Shown: positions 1 through 9,810 of the stretch, piece after piece
Layout: every line of letters starts with the position of its first letter
How positions within the stretch are numbered: position 1 is the first letter of the stretch
Source of the DNA: an uncultured Trueperaceae bacterium
GTDB taxonomy: Bacteria > Deinococcota > Deinococci > Deinococcales > Trueperaceae
Assembly: GCA_963727505.1 (NCBI GenBank)
Contig: CAVSGP010000004.1
Location: 320,001 to 384,000, forward strand
Length of the DNA: 64,000 nucleotides
Direction of reading: 5' to 3'
Translations under genes and position numbers: made by a program
Notes under the pieces: generated by a model
What the model saw: only the letters and a program-made list of their open reading frames with translations
The model's database searches: none
Told to the model about the DNA's origin: nothing

Positions 1-1054
1 CAGCGGCGTGCCCGGACCCGACACCTGGAACGTCACGCTCGTCAAGGACGCCAACCAGGTGCTGAGCCGCGCCGTCACGGGCCAGTCGGACTTCTACTGG
101 CCGGTCAACCTCGACCAGGTCAAGGCCGTCAAGGACGCGCTCGACAAGGGCACCATCAAGGGCGACCTCTATGCCAACATCGGGCCCAGCAGCGCCGTCG
201 ACTTCATCACCTACAACTTCAACAACACCGACAAGTGCAAGGCCGACATGTTCGGCAACGTCTACTTCCGCCGCGCCATCAGCGACATGATCGACCGCAA
301 CGCGCTGGTCAACGCCGCTCTGGGTGGCCTGGGCTTCCCGGCCAAGGACTGGAACACCGAGGCGGCCAAGCCCTTCGACGCGCCCAACGTCAAGCCCTTC
401 GCGTTCGACCCGGAGCAGGGCGTGCAGCTCCTGCACAACATCGGCTTCACCCAGAAGGATTCCGACGGGGTGCTCACCAACCCCACCACCGGCTGCAAGG
501 TGGCGTTCGACCTGCAGTACAACAGCGGCAACACCCGCCGCGGCCAGGAAGCGCAGGTCATCGCGCAGACCGTGGCGCCCTACGGCGTGAAGATCAACCC
601 GCGTGAGGTCTCGACACAGATCTGGGCCAACTCCATCGTGGGCACGAGCGCCGACTACGACCCCGCCAAGGGCCGCACCGTCAACTACGACGCCCAGATC
701 TGGGGCCTCGCCGGCGGCGACGTCGACAACCCCAGCTTCGACAACGGTCTGCGCCCGGGCACCAACCTGAACTCCTGGAACAAGAGCAAGACCGACCTGC
801 AGTCCTGGGAGATCCTGATGGGCCAGTACACCGTCGAGATGAACGCGGCCCTGGACCTGCAGAAGCGCGTGGATCTCTACAACCAGCGCGCCGCGCTGAT
901 GCGCGAGTGGCTGCCGCTCACGCCCCTGATCAGCCAGGCCTTCAGCTTCTACACCGATCTGGGCAACACCTGGCCCAAGTCGGCGCTGGACGCCAACAGC
1001 ATCCAGTCGCCCTACAACCCGGGCAGCTATCGGGAGTTGCTCACCGCAAACTGA
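1..1054 (+). CDS. ABC transporter substrate-binding protein, family 5 (peptide/nickel type), 5'-truncated by window edge
   Basis: Motifs FRRAISDMIDRNALV, AFDPEQGVQLL and 'RVDLYNQRAALMREWLPLTPL' match the SBP_bac_5 C-terminal half. Permease and ATPase genes follow. Confidence 0.85.
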   Translation, partial: SGVPGPDTWNVTLVKDANQVLSRAVTGQSDFYWPVNLDQVKAVKDALDKGTIKGDLYANIGPSSAVDFITYNFNNTDKCKADMFGNVYFRRAISDMIDRNALVNAALGGLGFPAKDWNTEAAKPFDAPNVKPFAFDPEQGVQLLHNIGFTQKDSDGVLTNPTTGCKVAFDLQYNSGNTRRGQEAQVIAQTVAPYGVKINPREVSTQIWANSIVGTSADYDPAKGRTVNYDAQIWGLAGGDVDNPSFDNGLRPGTNLNSWNKSKTDLQSWEILMGQYTVEMNAALDLQKRVDLYNQRAALMREWLPLTPLISQAFSFYTDLGNTWPKSALDANSIQSPYNPGSYRELLTAN

Positions 1055-1086
1055 GCCTCCGGTAACAGGCCTCTATGCAAGGGGAA

Positions 1087-1119
1087 CGGGGGCTCCGGTA
1101 CGACAGGCCGGAGCCCCCG
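1087..1119 (+). terminator. GC-rich stem-loop after the SBP gene (terminator or mRNA stabiliser)
   Basis: Perfect 12-bp inverted repeat cgggggctccgg / ccggagcccccg with a 9-nt loop. There is no U-tract. Confidence 0.55.
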
Positions 1120-1249
1120 AATCCTGGAGGGCCACTCTCAGCCGACGGCTCCCCCATCTGGCTTACAATGCTCCATTGAGTGCCGGGCACGTGCCCGCCC
1201 CGTCTTCAGGGCGCGCCCCGCAAACCGACCCCGGAGGCCCGTCTTCGCG

Positions 1250-2230
1250 ATGTTGCCGTTCATCGTTCGCCGGCTGTTCAATCTCATCCCTACCTTCATC
1301 ATCGCGACCTTCCTCGCATGGGGCATCATCCAGGCGGCCCCGGGCGATTTCGCGACGCAGTTCGCCTTCGACCAGGTCGACCCCAACAAGGCCGATCGCA
1401 TCCGGCAGCTGCTGGGGCTCGATCAGGCCTGGTACGTCCGTTATTTCTACTGGCTGCGCAATCTGATCCTGCACTTCAACCTGGGCACCAGCATGACCAG
1501 TAAGGCCAGCGTGACCGCGCTCATCTTGCCGCTGATGCGCAACAGCATGGTGTTGCTGATCCCGGCGACCGTCCTGGCGTTCGCGATCGCCATCCCCATC
1601 GGCGTGTATTCGGCGCTTCACAAGTACTCGCTCGCCGACCGCTTCCTCACCGTCTTCAGCCTCCTCGGGCTGGCGGTTCCCAACTTCTTCCTGGCGCTCA
1701 TCGTGCTGGCGTTCAGCGTGCAGTGGTTCCACCACTACCACTGGTTCCTCATCCCGACCGGCGGCATGACCAGCACGGACTTCAGCAGCTTCAGCCCGGT
1801 CCGCCAGGTCCTCGACGTCGGGTGGCACCTGATCGGACCGGTGCTGGTGGTCACCCTTTCCTCCCTTGCGTTCGTCAGCCGCGTGATGCGCGGCGAGATG
1901 CTCGAGGTGCTCGGGCAGGACTACGTCCGGACCGCCCGCTCCAAGGGCCTGTCGGAGCGCTCCGTGAACGTCAAACATGCCCTGCGCAACGCCATCCTGG
2001 TGATCGTCGCCATCATCGGATCCACGCTGCCCGGCCTTGTATCCGGCGCGGGCTCGGTCGAGTACGTGACCGGCTGGCCCGGCATCACCCCGCTGTTCAT
2101 CAGCTCGATCTTCGCGCAGGACGTCTACGTGGTGATGGCGCTGCTCACCATCCTGACGCTGCTGTTGATGGTGGGAAACCTCCTGTCCGACCTGGCGCTC
2201 GCCATGATCGACCCCAGGATCCGGTACTGA
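1250..2230 (+). CDS. Peptide ABC transporter permease (DppB/OppB family)
   Basis: N-terminal 'FIVRRLFNLIPT...APGD' and EAA loop 'QDYVRTARSKGLSER...KHALRNA'. Ends in DPRIRY. Confidence 0.93.
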   Translation: MLPFIVRRLFNLIPTFIIATFLAWGIIQAAPGDFATQFAFDQVDPNKADRIRQLLGLDQAWYVRYFYWLRNLILHFNLGTSMTSKASVTALILPLMRNSMVLLIPATVLAFAIAIPIGVYSALHKYSLADRFLTVFSLLGLAVPNFFLALIVLAFSVQWFHHYHWFLIPTGGMTSTDFSSFSPVRQVLDVGWHLIGPVLVVTLSSLAFVSRVMRGEMLEVLGQDYVRTARSKGLSERSVNVKHALRNAILVIVAIIGSTLPGLVSGAGSVEYVTGWPGITPLFISSIFAQDVYVVMALLTILTLLLMVGNLLSDLALAMIDPRIRY

Positions 2231-2231
2231 C

Positions 2232-3443
2232 ATGGAGCGCGTGCCTAACGAGGTCGAGACCGCGCAGGCCCCTGTGGACAAGCAAGCCGTCCAGGGCGCC
2301 AGCCTCACCACCATCGCCTGGCAGCAGTTCAAGAAGCACCCCATGGCGCGCACCGCGCTCGTCATCCTGGGCGTCATGTACCTGCTGGCGGCCTTCGCCG
2401 ACTTCGTCGCCCCCTATCCGGAGCACGACATCAACCCCAACGCCACCTTCGAGCCTCCGACCGTCGTCCACTTCCTCGACTCGCAGGGGCAGCTGACCTG
2501 GCCGTACATCTATGGCCTGAAGAAGACCATCAACATGCAGACCTTCGCATCGGTGTGGACGACGGATACCTCGACGCGCTACCCGCTGACGCTGTTCGTC
2601 CACCGCACGGGGATCCGCGACCGCTACGTGCCCTTCCCGGTGAACCTGATCCCGGTTCAGCTCCGTCACGTGCTCGGCATACGGCCCTGGGCGACGCTCC
2701 ACCTGTTCGGGGTCGCCGACGCGAGCGACCAGGCCAAGATCCATCTGCTGGGCACCGATGACATCGGGGCCGACGTCTTCGGGAAGCTGATGTTCGGAGC
2801 GCGCATCAGTCTCACCATCGGCATCCTGGCCAGCGCGGTGGCCATCGTCATCGGCATGCTCATGGGCGGGTTGGCCGGCTTCTACGGCGGCTGGCTCGAC
2901 GAGATCATCCTGCGCTTCGTCGAGGCGCTCTCGGCCATCCCCTTCCTGTTCCTATTGCTCACCCTGTCTGCCATCTTCTACCCACTCCACCTGCCGTCCA
3001 CCACGCAATTCATGGTGATCATCGTGGCGCTGTCGGTGATCGGCTGGGGTCAGATCGCGCGCGCGGTTCGCGGCCAGGTGTTGAGCCTGCGCGAGCGCGA
3101 TTTCACGGTCGCCGCACAGGCCCTCGGAGCGAGCAACATGCGCGTCATCACGCGCCACCTGTTGCCCCAGACCCTGAGCTTCATCATCATCTCCCTCTCG
3201 ATCCAGATCCCGGAGTACACGCTCGCCGAGTCGGTGCTGAGTTTCTTCGGGCTGGGGATCCAACCGCCCTCCACGAGCTGGGGCCTGATGCTCTCGACGG
3301 CGCAATCGTTCGCGGGCGTCACCGGTCTGGGCGACCGCTGGTGGATCTTCACGCCCGGCGTCGCCATCTTCGTCGCAGTGCTGACGTGGAACCTGTTGGG
3401 GGACGGCCTGCGGGACGCCTTCGATCCCAAGAGTCGCCGATGA
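2232..3443 (+). CDS. Peptide ABC transporter permease (DppC/OppC family) with a large extracytoplasmic loop
   Basis: Motifs 'HLLGTDDIGADV...GARISL', EAA 'DFTVAAQALGAS...RHLLP' and 'GDGLRDAFDPK'. Confidence 0.93.
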   Translation: MERVPNEVETAQAPVDKQAVQGASLTTIAWQQFKKHPMARTALVILGVMYLLAAFADFVAPYPEHDINPNATFEPPTVVHFLDSQGQLTWPYIYGLKKTINMQTFASVWTTDTSTRYPLTLFVHRTGIRDRYVPFPVNLIPVQLRHVLGIRPWATLHLFGVADASDQAKIHLLGTDDIGADVFGKLMFGARISLTIGILASAVAIVIGMLMGGLAGFYGGWLDEIILRFVEALSAIPFLFLLLTLSAIFYPLHLPSTTQFMVIIVALSVIGWGQIARAVRGQVLSLRERDFTVAAQALGASNMRVITRHLLPQTLSFIIISLSIQIPEYTLAESVLSFFGLGIQPPSTSWGLMLSTAQSFAGVTGLGDRWWIFTPGVAIFVAVLTWNLLGDGLRDAFDPKSRR

Positions 3444-3494
3444 CGGGCGCCGCGGCAGAGCCCGAACGTGCCGCCGCCATGGGACGGGAGGGAT

Positions 3495-3523
3495 TTGACC
3501 TGTGCGCGCCCGCGCTATATTCT
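3495..3523 (+). promoter_or_regulatory. Sigma70-type promoter in the dppC-dppD gap
   Basis: TTGACC (3495-3500), a 17-nt spacer, then TATTCT (3518-3523). Confidence 0.55.
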
Positions 3524-3854
3524 CGCGGGGACCGGCCCGCCGAAACGCGAGCGAGCCGCGCTCCTCGGGAGCGCGCCTCGGCCTCGACACTTCCTCGGCC
3601 CGTCCGGTACGCTCGGTCACAAGGGCGCGCTCGTCGTCCGACCGGGTTTCGGCACCGCCGCGACGCGGACCTTCCGGATCCGGGAGCGCCCGCAGGCGGA
3701 ACCGGCTATTTCCTTGCAATGGGGGTATCTCGCTGGGCGCGACGGCGTCTCACCATCTTGCGTGGGATCCACCGCGTCCCGGACGGGGGTTTGGCTCCCG
3801 TCCGACCCCGGCGTATTCGGGTAGAATCGAACCTTGTGAGGAGTGTACGCGCTG

Positions 3855-4868
3855 ATGCCTAGTTCCGACCGGCTACTCGAGGTCACGGACCTCAAGACCT
3901 ACTTCGACACCGACGAAGGCGTCGTGAAGGCCGTCGACGGGGTGAGCTTCCACCTCGACAAGGGCGAGACGCTTGCCGTGGTGGGCGAGTCCGGCTCCGG
4001 CAAGTCCGTCACCAGCCTCTCGGTCATGCGCCTCATCCCCACCCCTCCGGGACGGATCGCGTCCGGCCAGATGCTGTTCGAGGGCCAGGACCTGGCCCGC
4101 AAGAGCGAGCGCGACATGCGCCGGATCCGTGGCAACGACATCTCCATGATCTTCCAGGAGCCCATGACGAGCCTCAACCCGGTGTACACCGTGGGCGACC
4201 AGATCGCTGAGGCCATCGTCCTGCACCAGGGCAAGAGCTACCGCGATGCCATGAAGGTGGCCGTCGACATGCTGGATCTGGTCGGCATCCCCGAACCCGG
4301 CAAGCGCGTGAAGAACTACCCGCACCAGATGTCGGGCGGCATGCGGCAGCGCGTCATGATCGCCATGGCACTCTCCTGCGGGCCCAAGTTGCTGATCGCC
4401 GACGAGCCCACCACGGCCCTCGACGTGACCATCCAGGCGCAGATCCTCGACCTGATGCGCAAGCTGCAACGCGAGATCGGCATGTCCATCCTCTTCATCA
4501 CCCACGACCTGGGCGTCGTCGCTGAGATCGCCGACCGCGTGGTGGTGATGTACGCCGGACGGGCCGTGGAAGAGGGCGACGTCAACGATATCTTCGCCCG
4601 GCCCCAGATGCCTTACACGCTTGGCCTGATGAACTCCATCCCGCGCGTCGACCGCGCCGCCGAGCACCAGGACCGCCTCGAGGCCATCCCTGGCAACGTG
4701 CCCAACCCGCTCTACCTGCCCGAAGGCTGCGCCTTCCATCCGCGCTGCCGCTTCGCCACCCCCGAGTGCAAGGAAGCCATCCCGGCTCTCGAAGACACCG
4801 GCAACGGCCACATGGTGCGATGCATACGCTGGAAGGACCTCGATCTCAAGCAGGAGATGGTGGCATGA
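3855..4868 (+). CDS. Peptide ABC transporter ATP-binding protein (DppD/OppD family)
   Basis: Walker A GESGSGKS, signature [16 protein letters not shown] and a C-terminal GCAFHPRC domain. GAGGAG RBS lies upstream of the ATG at 3855. Confidence 0.95.
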   Translation: MPSSDRLLEVTDLKTYFDTDEGVVKAVDGVSFHLDKGETLAVVGESGSGKSVTSLSVMRLIPTPPGRIASGQMLFEGQDLARKSERDMRRIRGNDISMIFQEPMTSLNPVYTVGDQIAEAIVLHQGKSYRDAMKVAVDMLDLVGIPEPGKRVKNYPHQMSGGMRQRVMIAMALSCGPKLLIADEPTTALDVTIQAQILDLMRKLQREIGMSILFITHDLGVVAEIADRVVVMYAGRAVEEGDVNDIFARPQMPYTLGLMNSIPRVDRAAEHQDRLEAIPGNVPNPLYLPEGCAFHPRCRFATPECKEAIPALEDTGNGHMVRCIRWKDLDLKQEMVA

Positions 4869-5878
4869 CTTCGTCGACGACCCGCGCGGAATCCGAAGCG
4901 ATCCGCGACGCCACGGACAACCTCCTCGAGGTCCGCAACCTTCGCAAGTACTTCCCCATCCGCGGCGGGATCTTCTCACGCGTCGTGGCGAACGTCAAGG
5001 CAGTCGAGGACGTGTCGTTCGAGATCAAGAAGGGCGAGGTCGTGGGGTTGGTGGGCGAATCGGGCTCCGGCAAGACCACGGCCGGCCGCAGCATCCTGAG
5101 GCTCATCGAACCCACCGACGGCGAGATCCTGTTCAATGGCGTCGACATCGCCAAGCTCCCCAAGGCGAAGATGCGGGACTACCGCAAGGAGATGCAGATC
5201 ATCTTCCAGGATCCCTTCGCCAGCCTGAATCCGCGCATGTCGGTCGGCGACATCATCGGCGAGGCCATGACCATCCACAACCTCGCTCGCGGCAAGGACA
5301 AGGAGCAGCGCGTCGCTGACCTGCTCGATCGCGTCGGCATGTCCCCGAACCACATGCGCCGCTACCCGCACGAGTTCTCCGGCGGACAGCGCCAGCGCAT
5401 CGGCATCGCCCGCGCCCTCGCGGTGGACCCGCAGTTCATCGTGGCCGACGAGCCGGTGTCCGCGCTCGACGTGTCCATCCAGGCGCAGGTCGTCAACCTC
5501 CTCCAGGACCTCAAGGAGGAGCTGGGCCTGACGCTGCTGTTCATCGCGCACGACCTGGGCGTGGTGGAGTACATCAGCGACCGCGTCGTGGTGATGTACC
5601 TGGGCCGCGTCATGGAGGTCGCTCCTTCGAAGGACCTCTACGCCAACCCGATCCACCCCTATACCGAGGCGCTGCTGTCGGCCGTGCCCATCCCGGACCC
5701 CACCATCAAGCGCGACCGCGTCATCCTGCAAGGTGACATCCCCAGTCCCATCAACCCACCCTCCGGCTGCGTGTTCCGCACGCGCTGCCCGATCGCGGTG
5801 GAGGACTGCGCCCACGTGGTGCCGCCGCTCGAAGAGGTGAGCCCCGGTCACTTCAAAGCCTGCATCCGGCGGCCCTGA
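4865..5878 (+). CDS. Peptide ABC transporter ATP-binding protein (DppF/OppF family)
   Basis: [24 protein letters not shown] and '[17 protein letters not shown]'. Shares an ATGA overlap with the previous stop. Confidence 0.95.
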   Translation: MTSSTTRAESEAIRDATDNLLEVRNLRKYFPIRGGIFSRVVANVKAVEDVSFEIKKGEVVGLVGESGSGKTTAGRSILRLIEPTDGEILFNGVDIAKLPKAKMRDYRKEMQIIFQDPFASLNPRMSVGDIIGEAMTIHNLARGKDKEQRVADLLDRVGMSPNHMRRYPHEFSGGQRQRIGIARALAVDPQFIVADEPVSALDVSIQAQVVNLLQDLKEELGLTLLFIAHDLGVVEYISDRVVVMYLGRVMEVAPSKDLYANPIHPYTEALLSAVPIPDPTIKRDRVILQGDIPSPINPPSGCVFRTRCPIAVEDCAHVVPPLEEVSPGHFKACIRRP

Positions 5879-5921
5879 GGCCGGTGCTGGCAACGCCTCG
5901 GCGCGAGCGCGAGGGGACGTC

Positions 5922-6938
5922 GTGAACGCGCCCGCCAGCGACCTTCCGGCACGCATCCGGCAGGCTGTCGTGGCGGCGTTGCCCGAGGGTCACAGCCATC
6001 CGGAGCTGCGGCGCTTCATCGAGCTGCAGCGTGCCTACCCGGAGCGCGCCGGCAAGACCCTGCGCGGCCAGATCGTGGTGCTCTCGGCCCGCGCGCATGC
6101 CGGCGACGAGCGATCGGCGCTGACCGCCGCCGCCGGCGTCGAGCTCTTCCAGAACTGGGTGCTGGTCCACGACGACATCGAGGACGACTCGGAGGAGCGC
6201 CGGGGACGGCCCGCCCTGCATCGGCTCGTCGGAACACCGATCGCGATCAACGTTGGCGACGCACTCCACGTTGCGATGTGGCGGCTCGTGATGTCGCTCC
6301 CCCCGGTCTCCGCCGGCGGACTCGATCGGGAAGCCGTCCTGCAGGAGTTCCTGTGGATGATCGAACGCACCGCCGAGGGGCAGCACCTCGATCTGAGCTG
6401 GGTCGCGTCCGGCCGCTTCGACGTCACCGAAGAGGACTACCTGACCATGGTCACGCTCAAGACGGCCTACTACACGGTCGTCTGCCCCCTGCGGCTGGGA
6501 GCAGCCTGTGCCGGCGTTGAGCCCTCGCCCGTCTTCGAGGCGGCCGGGATCGATCTGGGCGTCGCCTTCCAGATCCGCGATGACGTCCTGAACCTCACGC
6601 CCGGCATCGCATACGGCAAGGAGTTCGCCGGCGACCTCTACGAGGGCAAACGCACCCTCATCCTCGCCCACCTGCTGGCGAATGCCTCGAGCAGCGAGCG
6701 CGACGAGGTCGTGGAGGTGCTGGCCGAACCCCGCGACGTCAAGAGCCCCGACGGGATCCGTCGCGTACTCGATGCCATCGAGCGCCACGGCTCGCTGGCC
6801 TACGCCCAGTCCGTTGCGGAGGACCGCGCACGGCGCGGGCTCGCGCGCCTGTCCGAGGCGTTCGCGCCCCTGCCGGGTCGGCCGGCCGCGAACGAACTCG
6901 AAACGCTCCTCCGGTCGCTGGCGCTCCGCTCCACCTGA
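5922..6938 (+). CDS. Short-chain polyprenyl diphosphate synthase (GGPP synthase type)
   Basis: FARM 'WVLVHDDIED..RRG' has a bulky Trp five residues upstream, a short-chain determinant. Also GQHLDL, KTAYY and SARM 'FQIRDDVLN'. Confidence 0.9.
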   Translation: MNAPASDLPARIRQAVVAALPEGHSHPELRRFIELQRAYPERAGKTLRGQIVVLSARAHAGDERSALTAAAGVELFQNWVLVHDDIEDDSEERRGRPALHRLVGTPIAINVGDALHVAMWRLVMSLPPVSAGGLDREAVLQEFLWMIERTAEGQHLDLSWVASGRFDVTEEDYLTMVTLKTAYYTVVCPLRLGAACAGVEPSPVFEAAGIDLGVAFQIRDDVLNLTPGIAYGKEFAGDLYEGKRTLILAHLLANASSSERDEVVEVLAEPRDVKSPDGIRRVLDAIERHGSLAYAQSVAEDRARRGLARLSEAFAPLPGRPAANELETLLRSLALRST

Positions 6939-7019
6939 CGCTCCCGCTCCTGCCCAGGACTGGCCGATCGCAGCCCATCACCGCCTCTCCCGGCCACGGG
7001 GTCCGGCTAGAGTCTGGGC

Positions 7020-8261
7020 ATGACCGTTCCCCTGCGTGCGCTCCGGTCCGCCTTGGAGGCGGGAGTGTCCGCGACCCTGGGCGCGACCCTGGGCGCGCTC
7101 CTGCCCTGCCCGGCCTGCGGCGCCCGGCCCGCCGGCCGGCGGGGCTGCTGCGGCCGCTGCCGTCGCCGAGCCTGCCGTCCAGGGCGCCTCGGCGACGCGT
7201 TGTGGCTGGGGCCGTATACAGGGCCGCTCGGACGTGCGGTGCGCGCCCTGAAGTACCGCGGCGCCACGCGGCTGGCCGGCTGGCTGGGCGAGAGACTGGC
7301 GCGCGAGGTGGCCGACGCCGGCTGGCACCCTACGGTGGTGAGCGCGGTGCCCTTGCACCCCTCCCGCCGTCGCCGGCGCGGCCATGACCAGGCGCTGCTG
7401 CTGGCCCGCCATGCGGCCGCCGCGCTCCACGTGCCCTACCGCCCGCTCCTGGTGCGCACCCGCGCCACGGAGTCACAAGCCCGGCTGAGCCGCGAAGCAC
7501 GCTTGCGCAACGTAGTGGGCGCCTTCCGCAGCGAGCGGGCGCCCGGCGCCTCGGTCCTGCTGGTGGACGACGTGCTCACCACCGGCGCCACCGCCGCGGC
7601 CTGCCGTGAGGCGCTTTACGCCGCCGGTGCATCCAGGGTTCACCTGGCCGTCATCGCCCGCTCTGAACGCTCGCACTCGCCGTCTGCGACGTCGCGCGTG
7701 CCGACCGCGCCTCCGCTCCGCTCAAAGGGCGACCAGCAGGGCGGTCGTGATGCCGACCAGGGCCCCCACCAGCACCTGCGGGTAGGTGTGCCCGAGGAGC
7801 GTCTTGAGCGCCTGGGGTTGGAAGCCCTCGTCGAACAGGTGCGCGAGCTCCTGCACGAGGTCGTTGATCAGCTCGGCCTGCACGCCGGCCGCCCTGCGGA
7901 TACCGGTGGCGTCGTACATCACGATCGAGCCGAAGACCGCTGCGATCGCGAACTGCGGGCTCCCCCAGCCGAAGCGCAGACCGAGCGACGTCGCCAGCGC
8001 CGTGACGGCAGCCGTGTGCGACGAAGGCATCCCGCCGGTCTCGAGAAACCTCCCGAGGGCCAGACGCCGCTCGGTCATGACGACGAGCAGCACCTTCAGG
8101 ATCTGCGCCGCAGAAGTCGCGATCAGCGCGGTCAGCAACACGCCGTTGGACAGCACCGTGCTCATCCGCTCGAGCGCCTGCGCCGGGCCGCCTCCACGGT
8201 GGTGTCGATGACCATGGCCACCGTCATCAGGCCCGTGCCCCCGGGCATCGGGGTCAGGTGA
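7020..8261 (+). CDS. comF: ComF family protein (Zn finger + PRTase domain); recognisable part ends near 7665 and the frame then reads through antisense to the next gene
   Basis: CPACG...CCGRC, 'LKYRG', 'VPLHPSRRRRRGHDQA' and 'VLLVDDVLTTGAT'. The true 3' end is uncertain (see findings). Confidence 0.75.
   Translation: MTVPLRALRSALEAGVSATLGATLGALLPCPACGARPAGRRGCCGRCRRRACRPGRLGDALWLGPYTGPLGRAVRALKYRGATRLAGWLGERLAREVADAGWHPTVVSAVPLHPSRRRRRGHDQALLLARHAAAALHVPYRPLLVRTRATESQARLSREARLRNVVGAFRSERAPGASVLLVDDVLTTGATAAACREALYAAGASRVHLAVIARSERSHSPSATSRVPTAPPLRSKGDQQGGRDADQGPHQHLRVGVPEERLERLGLEALVEQVRELLHEVVDQLGLHAGRPADTGGVVHHDRAEDRCDRELRAPPAEAQTERRRQRRDGSRVRRRHPAGLEKPPEGQTPLGHDDEQHLQDLRRRSRDQRGQQHAVGQHRAHPLERLRRAASTVVSMTMATVIRPVPPGIGVR
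7722..8165 (-). CDS. DUF212 / divergent PAP2 family membrane protein
   Basis: 'TGGMPSSHTA', 'VMYDATGIRRAAG' and 'LGHTYPQV'. The start overlaps the folD stop. Confidence 0.9.
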   Translation of the reverse strand: MSTVLSNGVLLTALIATSAAQILKVLLVVMTERRLALGRFLETGGMPSSHTAAVTALATSLGLRFGWGSPQFAIAAVFGSIVMYDATGIRRAAGVQAELINDLVQELAHLFDEGFQPQALKTLLGHTYPQVLVGALVGITTALLVAL

Positions 8262-9004
8262 CCCGCCACCTCGGCGACGTCCGGCGCGACGTCCCCTACG
8301 ATGCCCTGCTCCTCCCGGGTCATGCCGACATCGAGCACGGCGGCCCCAGGCTTGACCATCCACCCGCTGATCATCCGGGCACGGCCCGCCGCGGCGACCA
8401 CGATGTCCCCTTGCCGTACGACGTCACCGAGGTCGCGCGTGCGCGAGTGCGCCATCGTCACCGTGGCGTTGCGGTGCTGGAACAGCGCGGCCGCCGGCCG
8501 GCCGACCAGGTTCGAGCGCCCCACGATGACCACGTGCCGCCCCTCGATCTCGACACCGTAATGGTCGAGAAGCGCCAGCAGCCCGCGCGGCGTGGCGGGC
8601 GCCAGGGCGGGACGGCCGGTCCACAGCCGGCCCACGTTGACCGGGTGCAAGCCGTCGACGTCCTTGTCGGGATCGATGAGGTCGAGCACCGGCTGCGACG
8701 CCAGACCGTCGGGCAACGGTAGCTGCACCAGGATGCCGTCGACCTCCGGGTCGGCGTTCAGGTCGCCGATGAGCTTCTCCAGCGCGCCCTGCGACGTCCC
8801 CACCGGCAACACGTGCGTCTCGGACACGACTCCCACGCGCTTCGCCATGCGCTCCTTGGAGCGGACATAGAACGCGCTCGCCGGGTCCTCTCCGACCCGG
8901 ACGAACACCAGCTTGGGCGCGAAGGCGAGCTCCGCCACCGTCTCCTTGAGCCGCTCGGCCACCGCCGCCGAGACCACCTTGCCGTCGAGCCTGATCGCCG
9001 CCAC
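8162..9004 (-). CDS. folD: Methylenetetrahydrofolate dehydrogenase/cyclohydrolase
   Basis: 'GEDPASAFYVRSK', 'GILVQLPLP', 'KDVDGLHPVN' and 'VGRSNLVGRP'. Confidence 0.96.
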   Translation of the reverse strand: MAAIRLDGKVVSAAVAERLKETVAELAFAPKLVFVRVGEDPASAFYVRSKERMAKRVGVVSETHVLPVGTSQGALEKLIGDLNADPEVDGILVQLPLPDGLASQPVLDLIDPDKDVDGLHPVNVGRLWTGRPALAPATPRGLLALLDHYGVEIEGRHVVIVGRSNLVGRPAAALFQHRNATVTMAHSRTRDLGDVVRQGDIVVAAAGRARMISGWMVKPGAAVLDVGMTREEQGIVGDVAPDVAEVAGHLTPMPGGTGLMTVAMVIDTTVEAARRRRSSG

Positions 9005-9017
9005 GTGTTACCTCATC

Positions 9018-9473
9018 TCATGCTCGTTCGCCGGCCAGGCGCCGGAACAGCTTGGCCAGCACGCCGTTGACGAAGCGTCCGGACTCCTCGCCGCCGAACT
9101 TCTTGGCGAGCCGGACCGCCATCTCGATCGCAACTTCCGGGGGCCCAGGGGGCCCGTACCTCATCTCGGTCACCGCCAGGCGCAACACGTTGAGATCGGT
9201 CTGCGCCATCTGGCCGAAGCTCCAACCGCTGACGAGGTCGGTCAGCTCGCTGTCGACCTCGTCCCGGTGCTCGGCATACGCCCGCACCAGGGTCTGCGCG
9301 AAATCGAGGGCCGGGGTATCCAGGCCCTCGCCGTAGGCCGCGTCCGCCTCCGGCTCGGGCTCCTCGAGCGCCTCCTCGCGGACCTGACGCCAGACCTCGA
9401 GGACCGGAGTACCTCCACGCTCGGATTGGAACAGGGTGCGGAACGCCAGCTCGCGTGCCTTCCGCCTAGCCAC
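9018..9473 (-). CDS. nusB: Transcription antitermination factor NusB
   Basis: 'ARRKARELAFRTLF', 'DLNVLRLA' and 'AKKFGGEESGRFVNGVL'. GTG start chosen at 9473; an alternative ATG lies at 9494. Confidence 0.93.
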   Translation of the reverse strand: MARRKARELAFRTLFQSERGGTPVLEVWRQVREEALEEPEPEADAAYGEGLDTPALDFAQTLVRAYAEHRDEVDSELTDLVSGWSFGQMAQTDLNVLRLAVTEMRYGPPGPPEVAIEMAVRLAKKFGGEESGRFVNGVLAKLFRRLAGERA

Positions 9474-9810
9474 CGGGCGGTTCCTCCGGAGCATCGACGC
9501 TCTCCACGTTGACGTTGACGCTCCGGACCTTCAGGCCGGTCATCGACGCCACCGCCTCCCGCACCGACGTCTGCGCCCGCGACGCCACGGCGGGGATCTC
9601 CACGCCGTAGGCAACCGCCACCCGCAGGTCGACGTACACGTCCGCGCCTTCGCGCTCGATCTGGATCCCCTTCGCGCGGCGGCCGCTCAGGAACTCGCCG
9701 ACCCGGGCCGGCGGCACGATCGGTCGCATGCCCTCGATCTCGTCGAGGGCGAGCTGAGCGATGCCGTACAGCACATCGGGGGCGATCTCGAGATCGGGAC
9801 CTTCGGTCAC
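9466..9810 (-). CDS. Asp23/Gls24 family protein (YqhY-like)
   Basis: 'IAPDVLYGIA...VDLRVAVAYGVEIPAVA...MTGLKVRSVNVNV'. Sits in its typical position between accC and nusB. Confidence 0.88.
   Translation of the reverse strand: MTEGPDLEIAPDVLYGIAQLALDEIEGMRPIVPPARVGEFLSGRRAKGIQIEREGADVYVDLRVAVAYGVEIPAVASRAQTSVREAVASMTGLKVRSVNVNVESVDAPEEPPGG

Noticed and set aside
3660..3780. SRP RNA or T-box riboswitch
   Set aside because: The minus-strand GGAA-loop hairpin lacks the flanking SRP helix-8 CAGG/AGCAG residues, and the plus-strand 'gtgggatccaccgcg' does not fit the T-box GGTGGNACCGCG consensus.
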